Positions 49,065 through 57,670 of a stretch of 64,000 bases of DNA are shown piece by piece. Origin of the DNA: an uncultured Acidobacteriota bacterium (GTDB taxonomy: Bacteria > Acidobacteriota > UBA6911 > RPQK01 > JAPXNP01); NCBI GenBank assembly GCA_963777605.1, contig CAVZRV010000027.1, positions 448,001 to 512,000 of the forward strand, in the 5' to 3' direction. Position 1 is the stretch's first letter, and each line of letters opens with the position of its first letter. The notes below the pieces were generated by a model. The model was not told the DNA's origin. It saw only the letters and a program-made list of their open reading frames with translations, and did not search any database. Made by a program: the position numbers and the translations under genes.

Positions 49065-49595
49065 TCAGTTCAGCTGGACTGAACCGGCAGCGGCGGACTG
49101 AGCCACAGTCAAATCACTATGGGAAACCACCTTCTCAATGTCCAAGAGCAGCTTGACGCGTTCTTCCGCCCTGCCGATGCCCAGGATGAAATCCGTGCTT
49201 TGGTCGCCGCTCATCGCAGGGGGATTCTGAATGTCATCAGAATCGATATTTACGACTTCGGACATTCTGTCGACAACAATTCCTGTGTCGGTACCATGGG
49301 CCCGAACCACGATGATGCAGTTCTCCCGGCTGGAATCGGCATGATTCATGCCGAACCGCATTCTCAGGTCAATCACAGGAATCACTGTTCCGCGGAGGTT
49401 GATTACGCCTCTGACATAGGAGGGAGTCTGAGGAACAGGCGTCACGGGCACCATTCCGATGATCTCTCGAACCGCCATAATGGGCAGCCCATACTCTTCG
49501 TTTTCGAGGTAGAAGGTTACGTATTTGCCACCCAGACTCAATTCGACATCGTTCACTTGCGGATTCGGTGTTTCAGCAGTTATTGCCATCCTCAT
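49065..49595 (-). CDS. cheW: Chemotaxis coupling protein CheW
   Basis: KYVTFYL..EEYG, VREII, VRGVINLRGTVIPVIDLR. Confidence 0.95.
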   Translation of the reverse strand: MRMAITAETPNPQVNDVELSLGGKYVTFYLENEEYGLPIMAVREIIGMVPVTPVPQTPSYVRGVINLRGTVIPVIDLRMRFGMNHADSSRENCIIVVRAHGTDTGIVVDRMSEVVNIDSDDIQNPPAMSGDQSTDFILGIGRAEERVKLLLDIEKVVSHSDLTVAQSAAAGSVQLN

Positions 49596-49643
49596 TTTGG
49601 TTCCTCCTGAACGGGGTAGATGATCACGTCAGTTCATCTGGAG

Positions 49644-49670
49644 TAATCGGCTCATTCCGAGAAACCTTTA
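49644..49670 (-). promoter_or_regulatory. Sigma28 promoter of distal cheW
   Basis: TAAA-N15-GCCGATTA. Confidence 0.75.
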
Positions 49671-49680
49671 GCCCATGATT

Positions 49681-50766
49681 TCAACATGCGACCGGGCTTT
49701 CAGAGCTTCTCCTGGAACTGAAGGACTGCAGAATCGCTGCAGGAATCTGGGAGAGGCTCAGAATTCTCTCGGCGGCGCCCAGCCTGATCGATTCCTTGGG
49801 CATCCCGAAAACAACCGAGCTTTCTTCATCCTGTGCAATCGTTCGAGCACCTGCCTCTCTCATTGCAAGCAGTCCCTTGGCACCGTCGGCACCCATGCCG
49901 GTGAGAACGACTCCGGTCGCATTGCGCCCGGCGTTCCTGGCCACGGAATAGAAAAGCACATCGACTGCAGGACGCTGATAATGGACCTTTGGGCCGTCCT
50001 TGATTCGCACCCGGAACTGAGCTCCACTTCGTTCCAGGAGCATGTGGAAGCCACCCGGGGCGACCAGGGCAACTCCCGGTACAACCGTGTCCAGGTCGCG
50101 GGCTTCCTTGACACTCATTTTACAAATCGAGTCGAGTCGCTCGGCAAAAATCCGAGTGAAATCGGGAGGCATGTGCTGAACGATCACCGTACCAGGAGTC
50201 GTCGCGGGGAGTACCCGCATGATCGCTTCAATGGTGTTCGTCCCTCCGGTGGAAGCTCCAATCGCCAGAACCTTGTGCGTCGTTTCAATCCCGGCCAAGC
50301 CCTGGGAAACAACAGTTTCCAGATCGCCAGGAGCGGAATCGTCGCGGTGGACCTTCCGGATCCGGGCCCGGGATGCGGCCCGGATGACGCTGGCCAAGTA
50401 CTGGCTGTCCGGCGTAGAGAAACGGTTATCGGGCTTAGCAAGAACTTCGACTGCCCCCATTCTCAAAGCCTTCAGCGCGGTCTCGCTGTTACGCGGCGTC
50501 AACGAACTGACGACGACCACGGGCAATGGATGCTGCCGCATGAGGTGGCCCAGAAAAGTGAGTCCATCCATCCGCGGCATTTCAATGTCCAGCGTGAGCA
50601 CGTCTGGTTCGAGCTTCAGAATCTTGTCACGCGCGACATACGGGTCGATGGCACTGCCTACGACCTCAATGTCGTCATATTTCGAAAGCTCCTCGGTAAG
50701 GACCTTTCGCACGATCGCTGAATCATCTACTACCAGAACTCGAATCAAGTCTGCCTCCAATCTCAA
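49681..50766 (-). CDS. cheB: Chemotaxis methylesterase CheB
   Basis: REC + GASTGG, VQHMP, RPAVDVLF, LTGMGADGA. Confidence 0.97.
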   Translation of the reverse strand: MRLEADLIRVLVVDDSAIVRKVLTEELSKYDDIEVVGSAIDPYVARDKILKLEPDVLTLDIEMPRMDGLTFLGHLMRQHPLPVVVVSSLTPRNSETALKALRMGAVEVLAKPDNRFSTPDSQYLASVIRAASRARIRKVHRDDSAPGDLETVVSQGLAGIETTHKVLAIGASTGGTNTIEAIMRVLPATTPGTVIVQHMPPDFTRIFAERLDSICKMSVKEARDLDTVVPGVALVAPGGFHMLLERSGAQFRVRIKDGPKVHYQRPAVDVLFYSVARNAGRNATGVVLTGMGADGAKGLLAMREAGARTIAQDEESSVVFGMPKESIRLGAAERILSLSQIPAAILQSFSSRRSSESPVAC

Positions 50767-51224
50767 TGGTCCATTTCGACGACCAGATCGAGGATGAGTT
50801 CGGCCCTTCCGCCCTCCAGCCCGAGGATGACGGAATAACTCTGGGTCCCTTCTTTGACAGCAGGATCACCGGAGGTGACAACGTCAGGAGGATTCAGGTC
50901 GAAGACGGCGTCTTCTCCGCCGATCCGGGGAAGCAAGTTCCCACAAATCACGTTGACAACTTCTTTCAGGGTGTCCAACTGCATTTCCCGGCTGGGATTT
51001 TCCTTTTCGGCCAACATGTTTCGGGACAACGCCAGCAACACGTTTCCGTAGAGGCAAACGGTCAACGCCCCCTGGATGGGACCTCGGAACCAGAGTCTGG
51101 CGCCAGCTTCGAAAGGGGCTTCCAGCTGCGCCGGGTCGGGTTCGGCATCCGTGAACATGAACGTCAATTCTTCAAAAGTCAGGACCGCTGACTGGGAAAG
51201 ATGGCCCTTCAGGTTCTTCTCCAT
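50763..51224 (-). CDS. cheX: CheX-family phosphatase
   Basis: DTLKEVVNVICGN (ExxN) and FDLNPP. Confidence 0.8.
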   Translation of the reverse strand: MEKNLKGHLSQSAVLTFEELTFMFTDAEPDPAQLEAPFEAGARLWFRGPIQGALTVCLYGNVLLALSRNMLAEKENPSREMQLDTLKEVVNVICGNLLPRIGGEDAVFDLNPPDVVTSGDPAVKEGTQSYSVILGLEGGRAELILDLVVEMDH

Positions 51225-51603
51225 ACTCCCCTCCCGTCACTTCGTGCACCATCTGACTGAGGCGCTCGGGAGTGAACGGTTTGTGTACAAATCCAACCCC
51301 ATGGTTGCTGAGGAGCGCCGATATCCTCGTCGTACTCCCCTCCGTCGACACGACCACAATTGGAAGCCCCTTGAAAGTCGGGTTCTTCCGGATCCGCGAA
51401 ATCATCTCCTCACCGTTCATCTCGGGCATGTTGATATCGACTAACGCCAGATCAACCCGATTCTTCGCCAACGCCAGCAGTCCCTCATGCCCGTTGGATG
51501 CCTCAAAGATCTCGCCGAGCGGCAGTCCGCTCAAATGGAGGGTCCGGATGATCATTTTGCGCATCGTGGCACTGTCGTCCACAACCAAAATGTTCAGAGA
51601 CAT
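51172..51603 (-). CDS. cheY: CheY-like single-domain response regulator
   Basis: VVDDSATMR, VDINMPEMNG, VSTE, HKPFTPE. Confidence 0.88.
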   Translation of the reverse strand: MSLNILVVDDSATMRKMIIRTLHLSGLPLGEIFEASNGHEGLLALAKNRVDLALVDINMPEMNGEEMISRIRKNPTFKGLPIVVVSTEGSTTRISALLSNHGVGFVHKPFTPERLSQMVHEVTGGEYGEEPEGPSFPVSGPDF

Positions 51604-52097
51604 TCGTAAACCCTCTCTTCTTTCCCCTTCTCACCGTTATAGGTGAAAACGGTAACAATCCCCTTCTTCAATTCCACCGACATGTTGCGCGAGTGATTGC
51701 CTCCAGTGTCCTCGGCCCTCAACAGAACGCCGTTTCTCCAGAGGATCTTCCGCAACATGAGAATGTTTCGCTTCCCAATCTCAAAACAGTCGGACCCACA
51801 ACTCCTCAGGCTCGCCCCACCCGAGACCGCAACCAGAATCCGCTCCTTCTGGGCTCCATATTTGTACGCCTCCCGGAATAAGAGTGGTACTCCAGTGTCA
51901 ACAAACATGCAAGGTTTATCGGCAGCCTTTTCCGGGCTCACCGTCGAAATCGGCAGCATGACATGGAGTAATCCCCCCACTCGGGCGACGGGATCGTAGA
52001 TGGTAATCCCGAGGCAACTGCCCAGCGCGTATGTAATCACGACATCGTCTGGACAATCGGACACCTTGAAGTCCGCAATTCCAACTACATGTTTCAC
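51594..52097 (-). CDS. cheD: Chemoreceptor glutamine deamidase CheD
   Basis: LGSCLG, GGLLHVMLP, IGKRN, EDTGG...R. Confidence 0.95.
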   Translation of the reverse strand: MKHVVGIADFKVSDCPDDVVITYALGSCLGITIYDPVARVGGLLHVMLPISTVSPEKAADKPCMFVDTGVPLLFREAYKYGAQKERILVAVSGGASLRSCGSDCFEIGKRNILMLRKILWRNGVLLRAEDTGGNHSRNMSVELKKGIVTVFTYNGEKGKEERVYECL

Positions 52098-52122
52098 TTC
52101 AAAATTACTCCGAAGCGGCCCT

Positions 52123-52965
52123 TCACTCCTTTGTGTACACGGCCGGCTGCACGTACTTGAACCGGTGCTTTAGCCCGGTCAACCCTTCCGACAAACCAAC
52201 ACAGAAGATCCCCCCTGGGGCCAAGAGCTCCCAATACCGGTTAACCAATCGCTCCCGCGTGGGGCGATCAAAGTAAATCATCACATTGCGGCAAAAGATC
52301 ACCTGGAACGGTCCTCGCATTGGCCAATCCGTCTGGAGATTGAGCCAGGCGAAGTGAATCATCGCGCGGAGATTCGGGTTAACTCGCACAATGTCCTTGT
52401 CAGCCCTCCTGAAGTGGCGTCGGACCTGGCTGTCGGTCAGGCCCTCGAGCGCGTTGGCCCGGTACTTGCCCTCGGCAGCTGACTCCACTGCGGGGCGACA
52501 GATATCGGTTGCGAGAATCTTGATATCTCTCTTGGCCACGTCCGGAATCGCTTCCGTCATGTCGATCGCCATACTGTAGGGCTCCTGCCCATAGGAGCAT
52601 CCCGCAGACCAGATTCGGACCCGCCGCATTCCAGAGTTAGTGAAAGCCGGATAGACGTTCCTGGCCAGGAACGTGAACTGCTCCGCATCGCGGAAAAACT
52701 GGGTTTTGTTTGTGGTAATCAGATCAACCAGCTCCGCCAGCTCCTGACGGCTCGCATCCCCCTCGACATAATCGAAGTACTCGGAAAAACTTCTCATCCT
52801 CAAGGTTCTGAGTCTTCGACTGAGCCTCGCCTTGACCAGGTCCTCCTTGCCCTCTTTCAGGTGGATCCCACAGATTTCCTGGACCAGTCCAGAAACCCGC
52901 TCAAACTCGTCACTGGAGAGCACAAAACTTCGAACTTCAAAATCGTTAATTGCCGAGTAAGTCAT
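52123..52965 (-). CDS. cheR: Chemotaxis methyltransferase CheR
   Basis: TTNKTQFFRD, RIWSAGCS.GQEPYS, ATDI, IFCRNVMIYFD. Confidence 0.97.
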   Translation of the reverse strand: MTYSAINDFEVRSFVLSSDEFERVSGLVQEICGIHLKEGKEDLVKARLSRRLRTLRMRSFSEYFDYVEGDASRQELAELVDLITTNKTQFFRDAEQFTFLARNVYPAFTNSGMRRVRIWSAGCSYGQEPYSMAIDMTEAIPDVAKRDIKILATDICRPAVESAAEGKYRANALEGLTDSQVRRHFRRADKDIVRVNPNLRAMIHFAWLNLQTDWPMRGPFQVIFCRNVMIYFDRPTRERLVNRYWELLAPGGIFCVGLSEGLTGLKHRFKYVQPAVYTKE

Positions 52966-53032
52966 CAGCTGACAGGTCCTCTTTCAAACCCGACGTTTCC
53001 GGGAACCAACCTTATATGTTGAAGGGATCCCC

Positions 53033-53500
53033 TCAGACCTCGCAAAGGCGTTCGAGATCCAGCAGCAACTTGGCTTTCCCGTCAACCTTGCCGATCCCAA
53101 GCAGATAGTCGCAACTCAGAGTCTGATCTTTTTCGATATCCTCGTCGGCGATATCGAGCACGTCCGAAACCCGGTCCACGAGTAATCCGGTTTCCATCCC
53201 GTCCACCCGTACGAAGATGATGCAGGACTCCTCGGTTGCTTCCTGGCTCTCCATTCCGAACCGCAGGCGGGTATCGATAACCGGAAGAATCTTTCCTCGA
53301 AGGTTCACCAGTCCCCGGATGTAGTGATTCGTGTTCGGAACTCGGGTAATCGGCAACAATCCGATGATTTCCTGGACCTTCAGAATCTCCGCACCGTACT
53401 GTTCGGATCCCAGAGAGAAAGTCAGAAAACTCCGGACTTCCCTTTCAACAGCAGCATCGGTCTCGACAGTTGACTTTGCAATAGCCATGTTCACCCTCAT
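53033..53500 (-). CDS. cheW: Chemotaxis coupling protein CheW
   Basis: FLTFSLG.EQYG, VQEII, IRGLVNLRGKILPVID. Confidence 0.95.
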   Translation of the reverse strand: MRVNMAIAKSTVETDAAVEREVRSFLTFSLGSEQYGAEILKVQEIIGLLPITRVPNTNHYIRGLVNLRGKILPVIDTRLRFGMESQEATEESCIIFVRVDGMETGLLVDRVSDVLDIADEDIEKDQTLSCDYLLGIGKVDGKAKLLLDLERLCEV

Positions 53501-53518
53501 CTCTCGTGATATTGCACG

Positions 53519-55786
53519 CTAGACTGCGGCACTAAGATAGGAATCGGCGGTTGCTTCCGTCGCCCCGAATTCGTGGCGCGCCAGCTTCGCGGTTTCACTT
53601 CCGTCCAGGATCAGTCCCACCCGGCCGTCTCCGAGAATCGCAGCCCCGGAAATTCCGCGCACCTTGCCGATCCCTTTACCCAGCGACTTGGCAACGACCT
53701 GCTGCTGTCCGAGGAGTTCGTCGACCAGCAAGCCGTACTTCGTGTCACCGACCGCAACAATGACGAGGAGTCCCCTGGTAGGATCCGTGGTCGAACCCTC
53801 AATGCTGAGCAGCCGGTGGAGGCGGTAAAGCGGGAGGAGTTCTCCCCTCATCATCACCATTTCCCCCTTTCCGGCAACCGTGGACAGTTGTTCGCGCCGG
53901 GGCTGGAACGTCTTCACGATATTAACGGTCGGAATGATGTAGCGTTCTTCACCAACCTGGACCAACATCCCGTCCGTAATCGCCATGGTCAGCGGAAGGA
54001 TCATCTTGAAAGAGCAGCCCTTGCCGGGCTCCGAAAAGATGTCCACCCGGCCCTGCAGCATCTCGATGTTCCGCCGCACAACGTCCATCCCGACGCCCCG
54101 GCCCGAGACGTCAGTCACCTGTTCCGCAGTCGAAAACCCAGGGCGAAAGATCAGGTTGTAAATCTCACTGTCCGACATTCCAGTGGCGGATTCGATCAGG
54201 CCGGATTTCACGGCTTTGTCGATAATCCTTTGCTTGTTCAAACCCTTGCCGTCGTCCCGCAGCTCAACCACGACGCTTCCGCCACTGTGGTGGGCGGAAA
54301 GCGTTACCGTGCCTTCCTCCGTCTTGCCGGCGGCGAGCCTATCCTGAGGGGTCTCGATTCCGTGATCAACAGCGTTTCGAACCATGTGAACGAGCGGATC
54401 ACGGATGACATCGACCATGTTCCGGTCGATTTCCGTATCCTCCCCAAAGGTCTCCAGGAGGACTTTCTTCCCCCCCTTTGCGGCAAGATCGCGAACCAGG
54501 CGGGCAACCTTCTGAAAAGCCGGCTTCAAGGGAACCATGCGCAGCGACATCGACAGATCCTGCAACTCGCGAACGATCTTCCCCACCTGCGAGGTCTTGC
54601 GAGCCAGATCCTGGTGCCGCCCATCCCGTACCGTCCCGTCCTGGGCCACCATGGATTGAGAGATCACTAATTCTCCAACCATGTCGATCAAGCGATCGAG
54701 CCGGTCAGTCCGGACACGAACCGAAGAGTCACTGACCGATTCCGATGGTGATGAGATGCGTTTTTGAGTTCGGAGAGCCTGGGCAACGACGGACGATTTG
54801 ACCTTCCCGGCTTTAACCAGGCTCGTTCCCAAAGGCGTCCCTTTTCCCTCTGCTGCTACAGTTTCCACGTCATCACGATCGACGCAGCCCTGCGAGACGA
54901 GCAGATCGCCCAGTCGAGGAACACTGTCCCCGGGATCGGACTTTTCAGAAACCCCGGCACGATTGGGATCCTTCAATATTTCACAGAGATCATCGTAGCC
55001 GGCCGGCTTGATCATCGAGTCTCCGGTCAGGGCGGAGTCAACTTCCCCGATCAACTCCTTGATGATGTCTACTGAACGCAGCGAAAGGTCGGCATAACCG
55101 CCAGAGTAGCGAATTTCACCGTCGCGGATTCGGCTCAGCAAGGACTCCGCCAGGTGGGCCATCTCCTTGATGGGAGGCAGACCAAGAAACCCCGAAGTCC
55201 CCTTGATCGTGTGGAATGCCCGAAACACGGTGTTCACCGATTCCTTGTCGTCCGGGTCAACCTCGAGTGCAAGGAGCGAAGCCTCCGCTGCCTCAATCAA
55301 TTCGAGCGACTCGGTTACGAAATCCTTGAGGAGGTCAAGATCGGCGTCTGCCGGTAGTTGATCCGGGAACGGGTACTCTTTGGCATCAGCCTCAGGAGTG
55401 GGATTCGAGTCTCCCTGCGACACCCTTGCCTGAGCTTCAGGTGGCGCCGACGGTGAAGCCGGCTCTCCTGCAAACGCCTGCATTCGAATCTCAATCGCTC
55501 GCTCGACGAGGCCGGTTACCGCCCCAAGAACGGCCGCTCCATCCCCGGGCTTGCCGTAGAGCAACTCATCCAACTTGAAAAGAGCCTCAGCAGAAAGGTT
55601 CCGGATTTCCTCGTCAGCTTCCGAATTCCGTGCCAACTCGAGCAACTCCTCGCGGACTTCCTCGAGTTCCTGCGTATCTTCAGCCCCAAATTGCAGGAGC
55701 CGCGCCGCCAGATCGTTCAGGCGGGAAGACAGGGCATCCGTTTCAGGATTGAGCTGAGCTCCTTCTGACTTCTTCATATTGTCCAT
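53519..55786 (-). CDS. cheA: Chemotaxis histidine kinase CheA with MshEN-like insert in place of P2
   Basis: Hpt FRAFHTIKGT; RLGDLLVSQG...PLGTSLVKAG...QALRTQ; SVRVRTDRLD; HMVRNAVDHGIE; PGFSTA; GRGVGMDVV; P5 domain. Confidence 0.96.
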   Translation of the reverse strand: MDNMKKSEGAQLNPETDALSSRLNDLAARLLQFGAEDTQELEEVREELLELARNSEADEEIRNLSAEALFKLDELLYGKPGDGAAVLGAVTGLVERAIEIRMQAFAGEPASPSAPPEAQARVSQGDSNPTPEADAKEYPFPDQLPADADLDLLKDFVTESLELIEAAEASLLALEVDPDDKESVNTVFRAFHTIKGTSGFLGLPPIKEMAHLAESLLSRIRDGEIRYSGGYADLSLRSVDIIKELIGEVDSALTGDSMIKPAGYDDLCEILKDPNRAGVSEKSDPGDSVPRLGDLLVSQGCVDRDDVETVAAEGKGTPLGTSLVKAGKVKSSVVAQALRTQKRISSPSESVSDSSVRVRTDRLDRLIDMVGELVISQSMVAQDGTVRDGRHQDLARKTSQVGKIVRELQDLSMSLRMVPLKPAFQKVARLVRDLAAKGGKKVLLETFGEDTEIDRNMVDVIRDPLVHMVRNAVDHGIETPQDRLAAGKTEEGTVTLSAHHSGGSVVVELRDDGKGLNKQRIIDKAVKSGLIESATGMSDSEIYNLIFRPGFSTAEQVTDVSGRGVGMDVVRRNIEMLQGRVDIFSEPGKGCSFKMILPLTMAITDGMLVQVGEERYIIPTVNIVKTFQPRREQLSTVAGKGEMVMMRGELLPLYRLHRLLSIEGSTTDPTRGLLVIVAVGDTKYGLLVDELLGQQQVVAKSLGKGIGKVRGISGAAILGDGRVGLILDGSETAKLARHEFGATEATADSYLSAAV

Positions 55787-55843
55787 TTTGCCTGACCTTG
55801 CGTTATTCAGTGCTCGCGTTGAGCGGTTCCCGCCCAAGTCCAA

Positions 55844-56308
55844 TCAGGATCTTCCGTTGGCCTTGATGACGGAGAGGACGATCCCTTTTCCTTCACAGAG
55901 CATCGACTGGGTGACTACTCGCTGACCCTGAATTATGTCCATCGAGTAGTCCGAACCCTCAATGATGCAGGGCAGAGTGAGAGTGGAATGACCGGGAAGA
56001 CAGGTCTTGAAATTCCCGGCAATCATATTGGTCAGTTCGCCGACCACATCCTTTACAACTTCATCCACCGCGGGGGGAGGAGAAGAGCCCATCATCACCC
56101 CTGTAAGATGACACGCAGTCACCGTGCCACACTCAAGTACGACGGCGCCATTCCACTCGCCGCTAATACCCACGGCAGCTGAGACTTTTCTCTCCGGCGG
56201 GAAATCGGGGGGCCTGTCACCGTTGATCGAGGCCAACTGCAGGCCAAGCATCGAACTGAAAACTTGCTGAACTGAACGAGTCAGTTCGCCGCCATCAATC
56301 GTTATCAT
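55844..56308 (-). CDS. cheX: CheX-family phosphatase
   Basis: VFSSML, VGISG.WNG, DVVGELTNMIAGNFK, LTLPCIIEG. Confidence 0.9.
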   Translation of the reverse strand: MITIDGGELTRSVQQVFSSMLGLQLASINGDRPPDFPPERKVSAAVGISGEWNGAVVLECGTVTACHLTGVMMGSSPPPAVDEVVKDVVGELTNMIAGNFKTCLPGHSTLTLPCIIEGSDYSMDIIQGQRVVTQSMLCEGKGIVLSVIKANGRS

Positions 56309-56375
56309 CGCTCTATTGCTCCCTTCAATGGTGCTGTGTCAACATCGCCAGCTCTTGCTCATCAGAGGCGGTCAC

Positions 56376-57122
56376 CTACGCCCCTCCTTCAACTGACTTC
56401 GTTAATGACTCTTTGTCGAAAGGTTTGAAAAGTACTTCCGAGAACCCTAGCGACTGAGGGTCCGCGAGTTCATCCACGTTCGATTTCGTGGTTAGGCATA
56501 CGAACCTGGAAGAGGCCAGAGCACTTTCATTCTTGAGGAGATTCAAAACACCAACAGCATCCGTCTGAAAATCCAGTAGAACCACATCGGGAGAGTGCTG
56601 ACTGGCCAACTGAAGTGCCTTCTCCGGATGAGTTGTGGTCACGACCTCGGCAACACCGGCCAAAAACCTTCGAGCCACAACAAGTACACTCTCGTTGTCA
56701 TCGACAACGAGCACCTTCTTAAGGCCACTCTTCTCTCCGTTCCCAGCCGAACCTTTCGGGTCGAACTGGAGAATCTTGGCCACCTTTTTGACAAGGAGCT
56801 CTTCCTCGAAAGGTTTCACGATGTAATCAGAAATCCCGAGCTTAATCAGTTCCAGAACCAGTTTTTGACTCGATTCCGCAGTCAACATCAAGACCTTTAA
56901 TTGCTTGTTAGCCGGGTCGCTGCGAAGTGCCCGAAGCATGTCGGGCCCATCCATGATCGGCATGTTCACATCCAGAATAATCAAGTCAGGATTCTCAGCT
57001 TTTGCGGCCTCCAGGCCTGCCTGACCGTCAGCCGCCTCAACGATCTGAAGACCTAAGTTTGAGAGGTACTTCCGTACCAGAGTTCGGATCATGCGACTGT
57101 CGTCAACCGTCAATATCTTCAT
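56376..57122 (-). CDS. Tandem REC-REC response regulator
   Basis: First REC: TVDDS, LDVNMP, LTA, VKPF. Second REC: VVDDN, LLDFQ, FKPF. Confidence 0.9.
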   Translation of the reverse strand: MKILTVDDSRMIRTLVRKYLSNLGLQIVEAADGQAGLEAAKAENPDLIILDVNMPIMDGPDMLRALRSDPANKQLKVLMLTAESSQKLVLELIKLGISDYIVKPFEEELLVKKVAKILQFDPKGSAGNGEKSGLKKVLVVDDNESVLVVARRFLAGVAEVVTTTHPEKALQLASQHSPDVVLLDFQTDAVGVLNLLKNESALASSRFVCLTTKSNVDELADPQSLGFSEVLFKPFDKESLTKSVEGGA

Positions 57123-57164
57123 GCTTCCTCCGTGTTGCTCGAAACGGTCGAATTGCCGATGTGT

Positions 57165-57191
57165 ATATCGGACGATTCCTCAAAATGCTTA
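57165..57191 (-). promoter_or_regulatory. Proximal sigma28 promoter of che operon
   Basis: TAAG-N15-TCCGATAT. Confidence 0.6.
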
Positions 57192-57305
57192 TAGGCGCGC
57201 GAGCTTTCTCTGCTTCTATCTTCAATTCCACGGCTGACTTGTAGGGATTTTCCTATCTGTTTTCCTACCTGCAGAACAGGGCGAGGATAGAGATCTTCGC
57301 GAGAG

Positions 57306-57403
57306 GGATGGTTAGGCGGGGCTGATCGTAGCGGGTTTCTTTCTTAGGAGGGCTTTTTTGGAGAGGTTTTTTCCATCAGCCCCGACCTTACCACTTCATC
57401 CAA
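57306..57403 (-). ncRNA. Candidate sigma28-dependent structured RNA (sRNA or leader)
   Basis: Starts right after a consensus sigma28 promoter. Long imperfect stem (57306-57326 with 57375-57401) closes an A/C-rich loop. No ORF longer than 10 codons in the hairpin. Confidence 0.4.
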
Positions 57404-57409
57404 CTCAGG

Positions 57410-57436
57410 TTATCGGCAGGTCTCCTCAATCCTTTA
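57410..57436 (-). promoter_or_regulatory. Consensus sigma28 promoter (distal)
   Basis: TAAA-GGATTGAGGAGACCT-GCCGATAA, exact TAAA-N15-GCCGATAA. Confidence 0.85.
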
Positions 57437-57670
57437 GTGTTAAGAGACGATTTGATCAAAGAAACAGGCCGATATCCTGGATTTATGCTCACGAGCTACC
57501 ATCCAGGCGGAGCAACCGTCCTAATGAAGGGGGCAAATTCGGTCGAAATAGTTGTCGGAATCTTAGGAAATCAATCGGGAGCCTCCCGGCGCTGATTTTG
57601 GGTATCGAGACCGGAAAGTGGGGAGCCGGAGAACGAGGATCCGGCAGTTGAGGCTGGAAGCTGGCAATAT

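Noticed and set aside
51172-51224. 53-nt cheY/cheX overlap as another frameshift
   Set aside because: The REC domain is complete before the overlap and cheX has its own RBS. A short C-terminal extension is plausible.
57468-57475. Plus-strand sigma28 promoter for the HDOD genes (GCCGATAT)
   Set aside because: No TAAA-like -35 at 15-16 nt spacing.
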